A stretch of 64,000 bases of DNA from an uncultured delta proteobacterium (lineage in GTDB: Bacteria; Myxococcota_A; UBA9160; SZUA-336): assembly GCA_963704165.1 (NCBI GenBank), contig CAVPHD010000011.1, forward strand, positions 175,731 to 239,730. The letters run 5' to 3'. The notes beneath the pieces were generated by a model. It worked only from the letters and a program-made list of their open reading frames with translations, was not told the origin of the DNA and did no database searches. The position numbers and the translations under genes are program-made. This document shows positions 46,075 through 56,154 of this stretch, one piece after another (within the stretch, counting starts at the first letter, position 1; every line of letters starts with the position of its first letter).

Positions 46075-47266
46075 ATGGCGATGAGAGAGGTCGCGGTGCT
46101 CGGGGTGGGCATGCACCCGTGGGGCAAGTTCCCGAACCGATCCGTCACCGATCTGTGTCGCCAGGCGATCGACGCGGCGCTGGCCGACGCGGGCATGCAC
46201 TGGCGCGACGTGCAGGCGGTCGCCGCCGCCAGCTCGCGCTTCTCCGGCGGCAAGGGCTGGGGCCTGAACGGCAACGACGTCGTCGAAGACATGGGACCGA
46301 CCGGCATCCCCGTCTACAACCTGTCGGCGGGCTGCGCCGCCGGCGGCAACGCCTTCAACATCGGCTACGCGCTGGTCGCGGGCGGCATCTACGACATCGT
46401 GCTGGTCGTCGGCGGCGAGAAGATGCCGAAGGGGTTCATCCAGACCTCGGGCGTGGACGAGGAGACCGACCCCGAGTACCTGCGCCAGAACTGCGTCGGC
46501 ATGCCCGGCCCGGCGTTCTGGGCCGTGCTCTGCCGCCGGCGCATGGCGGAGCACGGCACCACCGAGGAGCACTTGCGCGATGATCGCCGTCAAGGCGCAC
46601 CGGGTCGGAACGCACAACCCGAACGCTCGCTTCCGTCAGGAGTTCACGATCGAGGACGTGCTCCGCTCCGCGATGGTCAGCGACCCGCTGCGGCTGTACG
46701 AGATCTGTCCGGTCAGCGACGGTGCGGCGGCGCGTGGTTCTCTGCTCGGCCGAGATCGCGCGCAGGCGCGCGCGCCGGCCGGTCTGGGTCGCGGCGAGCG
46801 CGGTCGCCACCGCTCGCTTCGACGACGGACTGCCGCGGGCTCTCGGCAGCGTCGATCCCCGCGGACGGGCACACGCACCACAGCGAGGCCGCGCTCGCGG
46901 TGCGCAAGGCGTTCGAGGCGTCGGGCGTCGGGCCCGACGGATCTCGATCTCGTCGAGCTGCAGGACAACACCGTCTACTACGAGCTCGCGTTCCCCGAGG
47001 ACTGGGGCCTGTGTCAGGTCGGAGAGGCCGAGCGGCTGGTCGAGAAGGGCGAGACGCTGCCGACCGGCCGGCTGCCGATCAATCCGAGCGGCGGCTTCCT
47101 CTGCTTCGGCGAGGCGACGACCGCGATGGGCGTCTTCCAGGTCTGCGAGCTCACCTGGCAGCTTCGCGGCGAGGCCGGCGCACGCCAGGTCCCGAACGCC
47201 CGCATCGGTCTGGCCCAGACGCTCGGTCTCGGCGGCAACGGAACCGCGCTGATCTTGAAGCAGTAG
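46075..47266 (+). CDS. SCP2-type thiolase / lipid-transfer protein, frameshifted
   Basis: GVGMHPWGK, AGCAAG, EICPVSDGAAA, VELQDNT, INPSGGFLCFGEA. Confidence 0.82.
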
Positions 47267-47345
47267 GCGCTCCCGAAAGAGCCGCTCTTCGATCCCCTGG
47301 GGACGGCCGGGGCGGGTAGGATGAGCGCGGAATGGAGGAGAACCC

Positions 47346-48640
47346 ATGCGCGCCACCGCTCTGATCGCGATCCTCGCAGTCTCGCTCGCGGGCCCAGCCC
47401 TTGCCGACGAGACCTGCCAGTCACCCTACCTGCCGAAGGTGACCGGGCAGGAGGACTTCATCTACGTCTGGACGGTCGGGATCGAGGGCCTCGGGGACGG
47501 TTCCGACAAGCTCGTGACCGTCGGCGCGAATCCGGCCCGGCCCGGCTACGGCCAGGTGACTCTCGAGCGCGTCGGTGGGCGGCCGCCACGAGGCACATCA
47601 CGGCGGATTCACGGACGACCGACGGCAGCTCTGGCTCGGCGGAATCGACTCGAGTCACATCTTCATCTTCGACGTCGCGAGTGACCCAGCGAAGCCGAAG
47701 CTCGTCCGCACCATCACCGACTTCGAGCAGAAGACCGGGGGCGTGGTCGGTCCGCACACCTTCTATCCGATCCCGGGACGAATGCTGATCACGGCGCTGT
47801 CGAACTCCGACGGCTCGGGCAAGACCGGCGATCGTCGAGTACAACAACACAGGCCGAGTACGTCCGCACGATCTGGATGCCGGAGGGCGCGGAGTACGGC
47901 TACGACGGACGCGTCAACGCGAACCTGAATCGCATGCTGACCACGTCGTTCGCCGGCAAGAACGAACTACATGCGCAATCTCGGCGAGCTGATCGGCGAT
48001 GCCGAAGCGATGAAGAACTTCGGAAACACGGCGGTGATCTGGGACTTCCACGCCCGCAAGCCGCTCCAGACGTTCGAGATGCCGGGCGCACCGCTCGAGG
48101 TGCGCTGGGCGCTGCAGCCGCGACACCACTATGCGTTCACCTCGACGGCGCTGACGTCGAAGCTCTGGCTCGTCGATCGCAAGAGCGACGGGTCCTTCGA
48201 GGCGCTCGCGATCGCCGACGTCGGCGATCCGTCGAAGACGCCGCTGCTCGTCGACATCAGCCTCTCCGCCGACGACCGACTTCCTGTTCGCCGACGACCT
48301 TTCTCGACGGCAAGGTGCCACGTCTTCGACGTCTCCGAGCCGCGCAAGCCGAAGCTGATGCTCGAGGAGAAGATCGGCGCCGCAGGTGAACATGGTCTCG
48401 CAGAGCTGGGACGGGAAGCGCGTCTACTTCACGTCGAGCCTGCTCTCGAACTGGGACGGCACGGGCGTCGAGGACGCGCAGTTCCTGAAGGCGTACGCCT
48501 GGGACGGAGCGAAGCTCGACCCGCGCTTCGAGATCGACTTCCGGGCGGAGAAGCTCGGCCGCGCGCACCTGATGAACTTCGGACAGCTCGGCTTCTGGAC
48601 GGCGCGCGGCGCCGGTGCCGAACGCGCGCCCGGCGAATAG
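47346..48640 (+). CDS. Secreted selenium-binding protein (SBP56) / methanethiol oxidase MtoX homologue, frameshifted
   Basis: Signal peptide ...PALA|DETCQSPY; YVWTVG..G.GDGSDKLVT, EAHHGGFTDDRR, GPHTFY, PGAPLEVRW, NMVSQSWDGKRVY, SNWD, KLGRAH. Confidence 0.85.
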
Positions 48641-48767
48641 AGCGCGCACCCACTCCCGTCCGCACCCGATTGTCATAGTTCTGTCGCGATCGCGCGACGG
48701 TACTTGATCGCCCCGCGACCGACCAACAATCTGTTTCGCGTCTGTCCACCAGATGCGGAGTGAGAGA

Positions 48768-49655
48768 ATGTCGAAGTCGCTACTGACACGATACGAGCGC
48801 GCGCCGAACGAGCGCGTGAACTGGCTGCGCAGCGTGCCGTTCGTCCTGGTCCACGTCCTGCCGCTGGCCGCGATCTTCACCGGCGTGACGGGATTCGACC
48901 TGGCGCTCTGCGGCGCGCTGTTCGCGATGAAGATGTTCTTCGTCACCGCGGGTTATCACCGCTACTTCTCGCACCGCGCTTTCAAGACGAGCCGGCTCAT
49001 GCAGTTCGTGCTGGCCTTCGGCGGAGGCGTGGCCGCGCAGAAGGGCGCGCTCTGGTGGGCGGCCCACCACCGGCATCACCACCGTTTCTCGGATCAGCCC
49101 GAGGACATCCACTCGCCGATGAAGGGTTTCTGGTGGAGCCACATCGGCTGGATCACCTGCGATCGCTACAACGACACGGAATACGGCGCGATCCGCGACT
49201 TCACGAAGTACCCGGAGCTGCGCTTTCTCGACGACTATCACTGGATTCCGCCGATCACGCTGGGCTTGATCTGCTTCCTCCTCGGTGGGTGGAGCGCGCT
49301 CTGGATCGGCTTCTTCGGATCGACGGTGCTCTCCTACCACGCGACGTTCCTGATCAACTCGGTGACTCACATGTTCGGACGCCGGCGTTACGCGCTCTCC
49401 GACACGAGCCGCAACTCGCTCCTGATGGCGCTGCTCACGTTCGGCGAGGGGTGGCACAACAACCACCATCACTACCAGGCGTCCGCGAACATGGGCTTCT
49501 ACTGGTGGGAGATCGACATCTCCTACTACCTGCTGAAAGCCATGAGCTGGGTCGGACTGGTCTGGGATCTGCGCCTGGCGCCCGCCAAAGCGCTGGAGGA
49601 GAACCGCGTCACGGACGGTCACCCCGACCTCGCGATGCTCGCGCTCCAGGACTGA
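48768..49655 (+). CDS. Membrane acyl-CoA (delta-9-type) fatty acid desaturase
   Basis: Three His boxes: HRYFSH, HRHHH, GEGWHNNHH. Confidence 0.92.
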   Translation: MSKSLLTRYERAPNERVNWLRSVPFVLVHVLPLAAIFTGVTGFDLALCGALFAMKMFFVTAGYHRYFSHRAFKTSRLMQFVLAFGGGVAAQKGALWWAAHHRHHHRFSDQPEDIHSPMKGFWWSHIGWITCDRYNDTEYGAIRDFTKYPELRFLDDYHWIPPITLGLICFLLGGWSALWIGFFGSTVLSYHATFLINSVTHMFGRRRYALSDTSRNSLLMALLTFGEGWHNNHHHYQASANMGFYWWEIDISYYLLKAMSWVGLVWDLRLAPAKALEENRVTDGHPDLAMLALQD

Positions 49656-49676
49656 GGAGGCCCGCTCACACCGGCG

Positions 49677-50927
49677 TCACTGGATGGCGAGACCAGTCGG
49701 GTCGTTCTCGAGCAGCGCACGGCGGCACATGAAATCGACGAGCCAGACGCTGTAGCGGCTGGTCGATCCCTCGCCGGTGATGACTCGCGGAACGTGCTTC
49801 TGGAAGTGGAAGTTCGCGACTCGCCCCCACGGCGTGGTCTGCACCACCTGCCCGACACGGAAGAGCGTGAAGAGCCGCCCGTCGTAGAAGTGTTCGATGG
49901 TGCGGTGCCAGCCGCGCAGATGGTTTCGCACGTGGGTCTCGTAGACGTTCAGCGCGGCGGAATGACCGCCCGACAGGATCGCTTTCGAGAGCTGCTTGGC
50001 GCCGTCGAACGCGAGCAGGAGCCCGCTCGAGAACACCGGATCGACGAAGCCGAAGCTGTCGCCGAGCAGCACCCATCCGTCCCCGACGGCCCGGGTCGTG
50101 ACCAGCTGGTAGGCGCTGTACCGCATGACCGGAGACAGACGGCGAGGCGCGCCCCCCCAGCGCGCGATCGCGGGATCGTGCTTCAAGTAGTTGTCGAACT
50201 GTTCCGCGCTGCCCTCCCCGAACGTCTCGATGTGATCGCTGTCGATGACGAGGCCGACCGACATCTTTCCAGGGAGCGGAATCCTCCAGCTCCAGCCGCG
50301 GTCGAGCCGATCGACGTGCACGTCCCCCGGGACCACCTCGGGAACACCGTCGCAGTGTGCGAAGAGCGCCGTATCCTTCCGGCTTCCGGTTTCGTAGGGA
50401 AGCTCGAGCAGGTTCGGCAGCAGCCGTGTCCGACCGCCGGCCTCGACGATCAGATCCGGTGGGCCGTCGAAGAACCCGTCGCTCGCCGCCAATGTCTCGG
50501 CGCTGAGCGCCACTCGGTCGGTGCCGGGAACGCGCTCGAGCTTTGCGGTCTCCCGAACGATCCGCACACCCGAGCGCTGCGCCACGTTCGCGAGCGAAGC
50601 GTCGAAGAGATCGCGCGGGACGTTGTAGGCGTAGCGGATCTTCGCGCCGCGAACCTCGGCGAAGCGGAAACTCCGAACCTCGTCGGGGCCGAGGACGAAG
50701 GTCGCGCCGTTCTTGACGGTGCTGTAGCGCTTCACCTCGTCCTCGATGCCGAGCTCGCGCAGGAACGGGATCGTGGCGGGAACGAGCGATTCTCCGACGA
50801 CGATCGGCGGTCGGGTCCTCCGGTCGTAGAGCGCGACGCGCAGGCCGGCACGACCCAGGTAGTAGGCGAGCGCGGAACCGGCCGGTCCGGCTCCAATGAT
50901 CGCGACGCTGCGGACGGGTGCCCCCAT
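49677..50927 (-). CDS. FAD-dependent oxidoreductase, flavin-dependent halogenase-like
   Basis: GAGPAG, VGESL, KNGA, GWSWRIPL, GDSFGFVDPVFSSG. Confidence 0.8.
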   Translation of the reverse strand: MGAPVRSVAIIGAGPAGSALAYYLGRAGLRVALYDRRTRPPIVVGESLVPATIPFLRELGIEDEVKRYSTVKNGATFVLGPDEVRSFRFAEVRGAKIRYAYNVPRDLFDASLANVAQRSGVRIVRETAKLERVPGTDRVALSAETLAASDGFFDGPPDLIVEAGGRTRLLPNLLELPYETGSRKDTALFAHCDGVPEVVPGDVHVDRLDRGWSWRIPLPGKMSVGLVIDSDHIETFGEGSAEQFDNYLKHDPAIARWGGAPRRLSPVMRYSAYQLVTTRAVGDGWVLLGDSFGFVDPVFSSGLLLAFDGAKQLSKAILSGGHSAALNVYETHVRNHLRGWHRTIEHFYDGRLFTLFRVGQVVQTTPWGRVANFHFQKHVPRVITGEGSTSRYSVWLVDFMCRRALLENDPTGLAIQ

Positions 50928-51037
50928 CGAGTCCTCCGGAAGAAACTACGGGTACAGTAGACGATCCTCGTTGGGTATCGGCCGTTCGACGGATGCCACG
51001 TGCGACCCGCCCGAGTATCCGATACAAGGTGGGAGCC

Positions 51038-52600
51038 ATGCAGCTCGACGTCGCCATCGTCGGAGGAGGCCTGGCGGGGAGCCTGCTCGCGCGCCAGCTC
51101 TCCCGCGGGAACCCCGGCCGTCGCATCGCGGTCTTCGAAAAGAAGACCGACTACACGCACAACGTCGGCGAATCGATCGTCGAGCTCGGAAGCCATTACC
51201 TGATCCGGCGTCTCGGGCTCTCCAGTTACCTCTACGACCGGCATTTCCCGAAGAACGGGCTGCGGTTCTTCTTCGACACCGCCGGCCGCAACGCTCCGCT
51301 CACCGAGATGAGCGAGATCGGCTCCGAGTCACTCCCGTTTCATCCGGCCTTCCAGATCGACCGCAGCCGTCTCGAGCACGACCTGCTCGAGCAGAGCGCC
51401 AAGGACGGTGTCGAGGTGCACCGTGGTGTCTCGGTCGAGAGGATCGAGGTCGGCCAGGGGGGCCGACCCCATCGGCTCGTCGTCTCCGACGCCGAAGGGT
51501 CGCGGAGCTTCGAACCGCGCTGGCTCATCGACGCCAGCGGGCGGCAGCGCGTTCTCGCGCGACAGCTGGATCTGCACGTCGACGAGACCGCTCTCGACAA
51601 CGCCTCGGTGTGGGGCTGGTTTCACGGAGTCGCGGATGTCGATTCTCTCGGCCCCGAGTCCTTTCGGAGCCGCGTGCGCTACACGCCGCGCCGACTCTCG
51701 ACGATGCACTTCGCCTACCGCGGCTACTGGATCTGGTTCATTCCGCTCCAAGCCGGCGTCACCAGCATCGGGGTCGTCTGCGAAAAGCCGTACTTCGAGC
51801 CGCGGATGTGCAGCAACGATGGCTTCCTTTCGTGGCTCCGCGAGCATCGCGCGGTCGCCTCGCTCCTCGAGTCGGCGAAGCCGATCGCAACCCGGAGCCT
51901 CGAGCATCTCGCGTACGGAACCAAGCGCTTCGTCTCGCCCGATCGCTGGGCGCTCGTCGGCGAAGCCGCCGCCTTTCCCGATCCGTTCTACAGCCCGGGC
52001 ACGGACTTCATCGCGCTCCAGAACGATTTCATCGCCGACCTGATCGGCCGCGATCTCGGCGGAGAGCCGAAGCCAGCGGTCGACGAGCAGGCCGAGATCT
52101 TCGAGCAGTTCCTCCAGTTCCGGGTCGAGGCCGCCTTGCGGCTGTACCGGAATCTGTATCCGGTGCTCGGGAGCTACGAGGTCTGCAAGCTGAAGTGGGA
52201 CCTCGATCTCGGCTGCTACTACGCGCTCTGGGTCGCGCCGTACATGCTCGATCGACACCTCGATCCGAAGTACTTGAAGGCGCAACTCAGCCAGCGAAGC
52301 CGCGTCCTCAGCGCGCTCTCGAACTTCGCGGCGTTCTTCGTGGAGATCGAGAGAACGCTCACCGAGCGCGGGACCTATCATCGCCGGAACCTGGGCGAGT
52401 ACTCGGATGGCCGCGACCGCATCGGATTCCTCGAGCAGGTCGGCCTTCAGTACTCCGAACGCGAGGCGATCGAGCGCGTCCAGGCGATCTTCAACGGCGT
52501 GCACCGGCAGGGGCTCGACCTTCTCGAAGAGGGCGCTCCGACGACACCCCGCGAGGACCGGTCCCTGGCGTGGTTTGCGACGGCGTCGTCGCTGGCCTAG
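51038..52600 (+). CDS. Flavin-dependent halogenase-like protein
   Basis: GGGLAG, VGESIVE, KNGLRFFF, QIDR, IDASGR, YWIWFIPL, GEAAAFPDPFYSPG. Confidence 0.8.
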   Translation: MQLDVAIVGGGLAGSLLARQLSRGNPGRRIAVFEKKTDYTHNVGESIVELGSHYLIRRLGLSSYLYDRHFPKNGLRFFFDTAGRNAPLTEMSEIGSESLPFHPAFQIDRSRLEHDLLEQSAKDGVEVHRGVSVERIEVGQGGRPHRLVVSDAEGSRSFEPRWLIDASGRQRVLARQLDLHVDETALDNASVWGWFHGVADVDSLGPESFRSRVRYTPRRLSTMHFAYRGYWIWFIPLQAGVTSIGVVCEKPYFEPRMCSNDGFLSWLREHRAVASLLESAKPIATRSLEHLAYGTKRFVSPDRWALVGEAAAFPDPFYSPGTDFIALQNDFIADLIGRDLGGEPKPAVDEQAEIFEQFLQFRVEAALRLYRNLYPVLGSYEVCKLKWDLDLGCYYALWVAPYMLDRHLDPKYLKAQLSQRSRVLSALSNFAAFFVEIERTLTERGTYHRRNLGEYSDGRDRIGFLEQVGLQYSEREAIERVQAIFNGVHRQGLDLLEEGAPTTPREDRSLAWFATASSLA

Positions 52601-52619
52601 CTGCGCGCGGGCGCTCTTC

Positions 52620-52635
52620 TATGACGTCGGTCATA
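52620..52635. promoter_or_regulatory. Palindrome TATGAC-N4-GTCATA, candidate operator
   Basis: Upstream of the ferritin-like gene pair; extra GTCATA half-site at 52653-52658; recurs at 55975. Confidence 0.5.
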
Positions 52636-52721
52636 CCCAGCCCTTGGGGGCCGTCATAGCCTGAAATCGCATTCCGCGCGGGGTCGACTCGTGTGCGGAT
52701 GCGGTTCTCGGAGGTACCTCA

Positions 52722-53789
52722 ATGGCATCAGTCACCGAGTCCGATCTCGGCTACAAGACCCTCATGCAGGTGGCCTGGGAGTTCGACTACAAGGTCGGAA
52801 TCGAGCAGGTCCAGAACCTCTACGAGCGGGCGAAGGACCTGCAGTGGAACGCGACGTCGCACATCGACTGGAATCAGGGCGTCGACCCTTCGCGACCGAT
52901 CCTCGAGGGTGAGGGCTTCGGCTTCAGCCAGATGCCGTTCTTCAAACGCCTCTCGAAGGCCCAGCAGGAGCTCTTCCGAGCGCACACGGCCGCCCATCGC
53001 CTGTCGCAGTTCCTTCACGGCGAGCAGGGAGCCCTGATGACGGCGGCGACGCTCTCGCACTCGGTTCCGGACTACGAGGCGAAGCTCTACTCGGCGACGC
53101 AGACGATGGACGAAGCGCGCCACGTCGAGGTCTTCGAGAAGTACGTGGACAAGCTCGCGATCGTCTACCCGATCTCGCCCTTCCTCAAAGGGTTGATCGA
53201 CGCGACGCTGAAGTCCGATCACTGGGTGAAGGTCGCGATCGGCATGAACATCGTCATCGAGGGCCTGGCGATGGGCGCGTTCTACAACATGCGCCGCGTG
53301 ACCGGCTGCAAGCTGCTCGGCGACATCGTCGAGCTCACCATGCGTGACGAGGCCCGTCACGTCGCGTTCGGGAACGTCTACGTCAAGCAGGCGCTCTCCG
53401 AGATGCACCCCGACGAGCGGGAGGACGCGGCGGACTTCGCGCTGCTGGCGCTGAGCGCCATGGTGCCGACGCAGGACAGGGGCGGCGACGCGCGTTCCGG
53501 CGCGAACCTTCGCGACCCGACGTTCATCAAGGTCCTGCAGAACTCCGGCATCGCCGTCGAGGACTTCTCCAAAGCCATCGATGAAGCACGCGCCGCGGGC
53601 ATCAGCCTCGAGCCCAGGGGCGGCACGATCAACATCCTGCGGGATCTGGTCATGCCGGCACTGGTCCGCGTCGGAGCCGTCACCGACCGAACACGCGCGA
53701 TCCTGAAGGATCGCGGGATCGTGCTCAATGAAGACACCACCATCCTCGAGTCGCTCGAGGATCCCAAGACGGGCATCGTCACTCTCTAG
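52722..53789 (+). CDS. Ferritin-like (AurF-related) diiron protein
   Basis: GGAGG RBS; LYERAK..QWN, SQFLHGEQGAL, DEARH, IEGLA, DEARH. Confidence 0.85.
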   Translation: MASVTESDLGYKTLMQVAWEFDYKVGIEQVQNLYERAKDLQWNATSHIDWNQGVDPSRPILEGEGFGFSQMPFFKRLSKAQQELFRAHTAAHRLSQFLHGEQGALMTAATLSHSVPDYEAKLYSATQTMDEARHVEVFEKYVDKLAIVYPISPFLKGLIDATLKSDHWVKVAIGMNIVIEGLAMGAFYNMRRVTGCKLLGDIVELTMRDEARHVAFGNVYVKQALSEMHPDEREDAADFALLALSAMVPTQDRGGDARSGANLRDPTFIKVLQNSGIAVEDFSKAIDEARAAGISLEPRGGTINILRDLVMPALVRVGAVTDRTRAILKDRGIVLNEDTTILESLEDPKTGIVTL

Positions 53790-53812
53790 GTCGAGCCCAC
53801 CAAGGAGATCGC

Positions 53813-54769
53813 ATGTCGTTCGAGAATCTCGTCACGCAGCTCACGACCCACTGGGAATTCGACTACGAACCCAAGGTCAAGGCCCTGCGCGACCTGTACG
53901 AAGTCGCCAAGCGAGAACAGTGGAACGTCAGTTCCGACATCAACTGGAATCTCGAGATCGACAAGGAGGGCGACATCCTGGCGCGTCCCCAGGATCCGAT
54001 GCGCGAGCTCGACCTGGTCCGCGCTCTGCCGGACGCGAAGCGCCAGCAGCTCGCGATCGCGAGCGCCGCATGGACGCTCTCGCAGTTCCTGCACGGCGAG
54101 CAGGGAGCCCTGCTCTGCTGCGGTCAGCTCGTCGAGTCGGTGCCCGACATCGATGGAAAGCTGTACGCGGCGACGCAGGTCGTCGACGAGGCGCGTCACG
54201 TCGAGGTCTTCCACCGCTACCTGAAGCGCCTGCACAAGGTCTACCCGATCGATCCCACGCTCAAGGCCGTTCTGAACCAGATCCTCGAAGCGGACATGTG
54301 GCAGATGAAGTGCGTGGGCATGCAGGTGATCGTCGAAGGCCTGGCGATGGGCGCCTTCAAGATCATGAAGGAGGAGTCCAACGACGAGCTGCTGCGCAAG
54401 GTCGTCGAGCTGACCGCCCAGGACGAGGCGCGACACGTCTCCTACGGCCTGATCTACATGAAGGACGAGCTGCCGCGGATGTCGGACCCCGACCGCAACC
54501 GCGTCGAGGACTTTGCCTACACCGCGGTCGAGGCACTCTCCGGTCGCAAGCCGGGCACGGGATTCTCGACCCAGGTCGCGCTCTTCCAGGAAGTCGGCCT
54601 GAACCTCGCCGACGTCGTCGCCGAGCTGAGCCAGAAGATCACCGATCCGGACTTCCGCGCGCGCCAGCCGGACGCGTTCCGGGACTACGTGATGCCGCAG
54701 CTGACCCGGCTCGGCATCATCACCGAGCGCACCGCACCCAAGTATCGGGCGCTCGGCTTCAACGTCTGA
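53813..54769 (+). CDS. Ferritin-like (AurF-related) diiron protein, paralogue of the upstream gene
   Basis: AAGGAG RBS; LYEVAK..QWN, SQFLHGEQGAL, DEARH, VEGLA, DEARH. Confidence 0.85.
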   Translation: MSFENLVTQLTTHWEFDYEPKVKALRDLYEVAKREQWNVSSDINWNLEIDKEGDILARPQDPMRELDLVRALPDAKRQQLAIASAAWTLSQFLHGEQGALLCCGQLVESVPDIDGKLYAATQVVDEARHVEVFHRYLKRLHKVYPIDPTLKAVLNQILEADMWQMKCVGMQVIVEGLAMGAFKIMKEESNDELLRKVVELTAQDEARHVSYGLIYMKDELPRMSDPDRNRVEDFAYTAVEALSGRKPGTGFSTQVALFQEVGLNLADVVAELSQKITDPDFRARQPDAFRDYVMPQLTRLGIITERTAPKYRALGFNV

Positions 54770-54776
54770 TCGGGCT

Positions 54777-54799
54777 CGGCGGGTTCTGAAGCCCCGCCG
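54777..54799. terminator. Possible hairpin between convergent genes
   Basis: CGGCGGG...CCCGCCG 7-bp stem; no U-tract. Confidence 0.35.
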
Positions 54800-54810
54800 G
54801 TCGCGCCGCC

Positions 54811-55896
54811 CTACATCTCGGGCGGTGGAGGCGGCTGGCTGTCGCGCAGACGGGGAATGACCTTGTCGCGCATCAGCTCCATCGAGCGCAGAACCTTGCG
54901 GTGGTCGAGCCCTCCGAGTCGAGTCCAGCAGAGAAGGTCGGTGAAGCCGTAGATCTGCTGGAATCGATCGAGCCGCTCGATCACGTAGTCCGGTGAGCCG
55001 CAGATCACGGCCTCGCGCTCGAGCAGCACGTCCCAGTCGGCGGCCGCAGCTGCGTCGCGGAACGCGGTGTACATCTCGTAGCTCTTCACCGCTTTCTCGC
55101 CAGCATCGGGTGCGATGTATTTCGCGATCGTCTTGTAGTACCAGAGCACGGCCTCGCGGAACTCGTCACGCGCGCGCTCCATCGTTTCGGCGACGTACAC
55201 CATGTTGAGGCAGCCCCCCGCCGACCTCCCCTCGGGCGAGTGCCCGCCTGCTTTGAGACCCCGGTAGTAGTCCTCTCTCCGCGTGCGAGCGGACTCGGGA
55301 GACAGGCCGAAGACGGAGCCGTAGAGCAGGTTCAGACCGTACCGGCCGGCGATCTCGAAGGTTTCGGGCGAGAGCGCGGCCATCCAGATCGGCGGATGCG
55401 GCTTCTGGAATGGCCGGGGGCGGATCGGCACGTCCTGGTACCGGTAGTGCTCCCCTTCGAAGTCCACTCGACCGCGCGTCCAGGCCTGTCGAATCACGCT
55501 CAGCGCCTCGTCGAACTGCGCGCGCGTGGTCGCCTGATCGATGCCGTAGCGCTTGAACTCGAGTGGCTGGTAGCCACGACCGACACCGAGGTCGATGCGG
55601 CCGTCGCTCAGCTGGTCGAGGAACGCGTAATCCTCCGCGACGCGCAGTGGGTGATTGAGCGGCAGGATGACGATGCCGGTTCCCAGCCGAATGCGTTTGG
55701 TGTTGCCCGCGATGGCGGCGAGGCTCAGACTCGGGGAGGCGCAGTATCCGTATTCGGTGAAGTGGTGTTCGGCCGGCCAGACGGAGTCGAAGCCGAGATC
55801 CTCTGCAGCCTGCATCAGCTCCATCTGCTCGTGGATGATCTCGTTCTCGCTTCGACCCGCCGGGTTCTCGAACAGGTGCAGCATTCCGAATCGCAT
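54811..55896 (-). CDS. LLM-class flavin-dependent oxidoreductase (luciferase-like monooxygenase)
   Basis: GFDSVWPAEHHF, HPLRVAED, GVGRGYQ, PFQKPHPPIW. Confidence 0.9.
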   Translation of the reverse strand: MRFGMLHLFENPAGRSENEIIHEQMELMQAAEDLGFDSVWPAEHHFTEYGYCASPSLSLAAIAGNTKRIRLGTGIVILPLNHPLRVAEDYAFLDQLSDGRIDLGVGRGYQPLEFKRYGIDQATTRAQFDEALSVIRQAWTRGRVDFEGEHYRYQDVPIRPRPFQKPHPPIWMAALSPETFEIAGRYGLNLLYGSVFGLSPESARTRREDYYRGLKAGGHSPEGRSAGGCLNMVYVAETMERARDEFREAVLWYYKTIAKYIAPDAGEKAVKSYEMYTAFRDAAAAADWDVLLEREAVICGSPDYVIERLDRFQQIYGFTDLLCWTRLGGLDHRKVLRSMELMRDKVIPRLRDSQPPPPPEM

Positions 55897-55974
55897 CACG
55901 CTCCTCCTCACGAGCCGAGGCGCAGTTCGCGCGCGGCGCGCGAAGCCAGGCTATGCCCGGCCAGCTCCCATGGT

Positions 55975-55989
55975 TATGACTCCGTCATA
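55975..55989. promoter_or_regulatory. Palindrome TATGAC-N3-GTCATA, candidate operator
   Basis: About 80 bp upstream of the LLM gene start; same arms as 52620-52635. Confidence 0.5.
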
Positions 55990-56154
55990 GGTAGCTCCCC
56001 GTGAGCGAGATGCTTTGTCATTCGATTGCGCCGTCCGGGATGCCCGTTCCACCTCGATTTGACGCATCGCGTCCACAGAGGAGGCTCAGCCAGGTGAACC
56101 GGATCGATGATCGGCGCGATTGGCCGGCCACGCGACGAACCTTCCTCCCCTCGA

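Noticed and set aside
47346..48640. Firm mtoX assignment
   Set aside because: One cofactor Trp appears replaced and the maturation genes are not adjacent
51015..51025. GTATC-C-GATAC inverted repeat between the divergent halogenase-like genes
   Set aside because: Only 5-bp arms and seen once; could be chance
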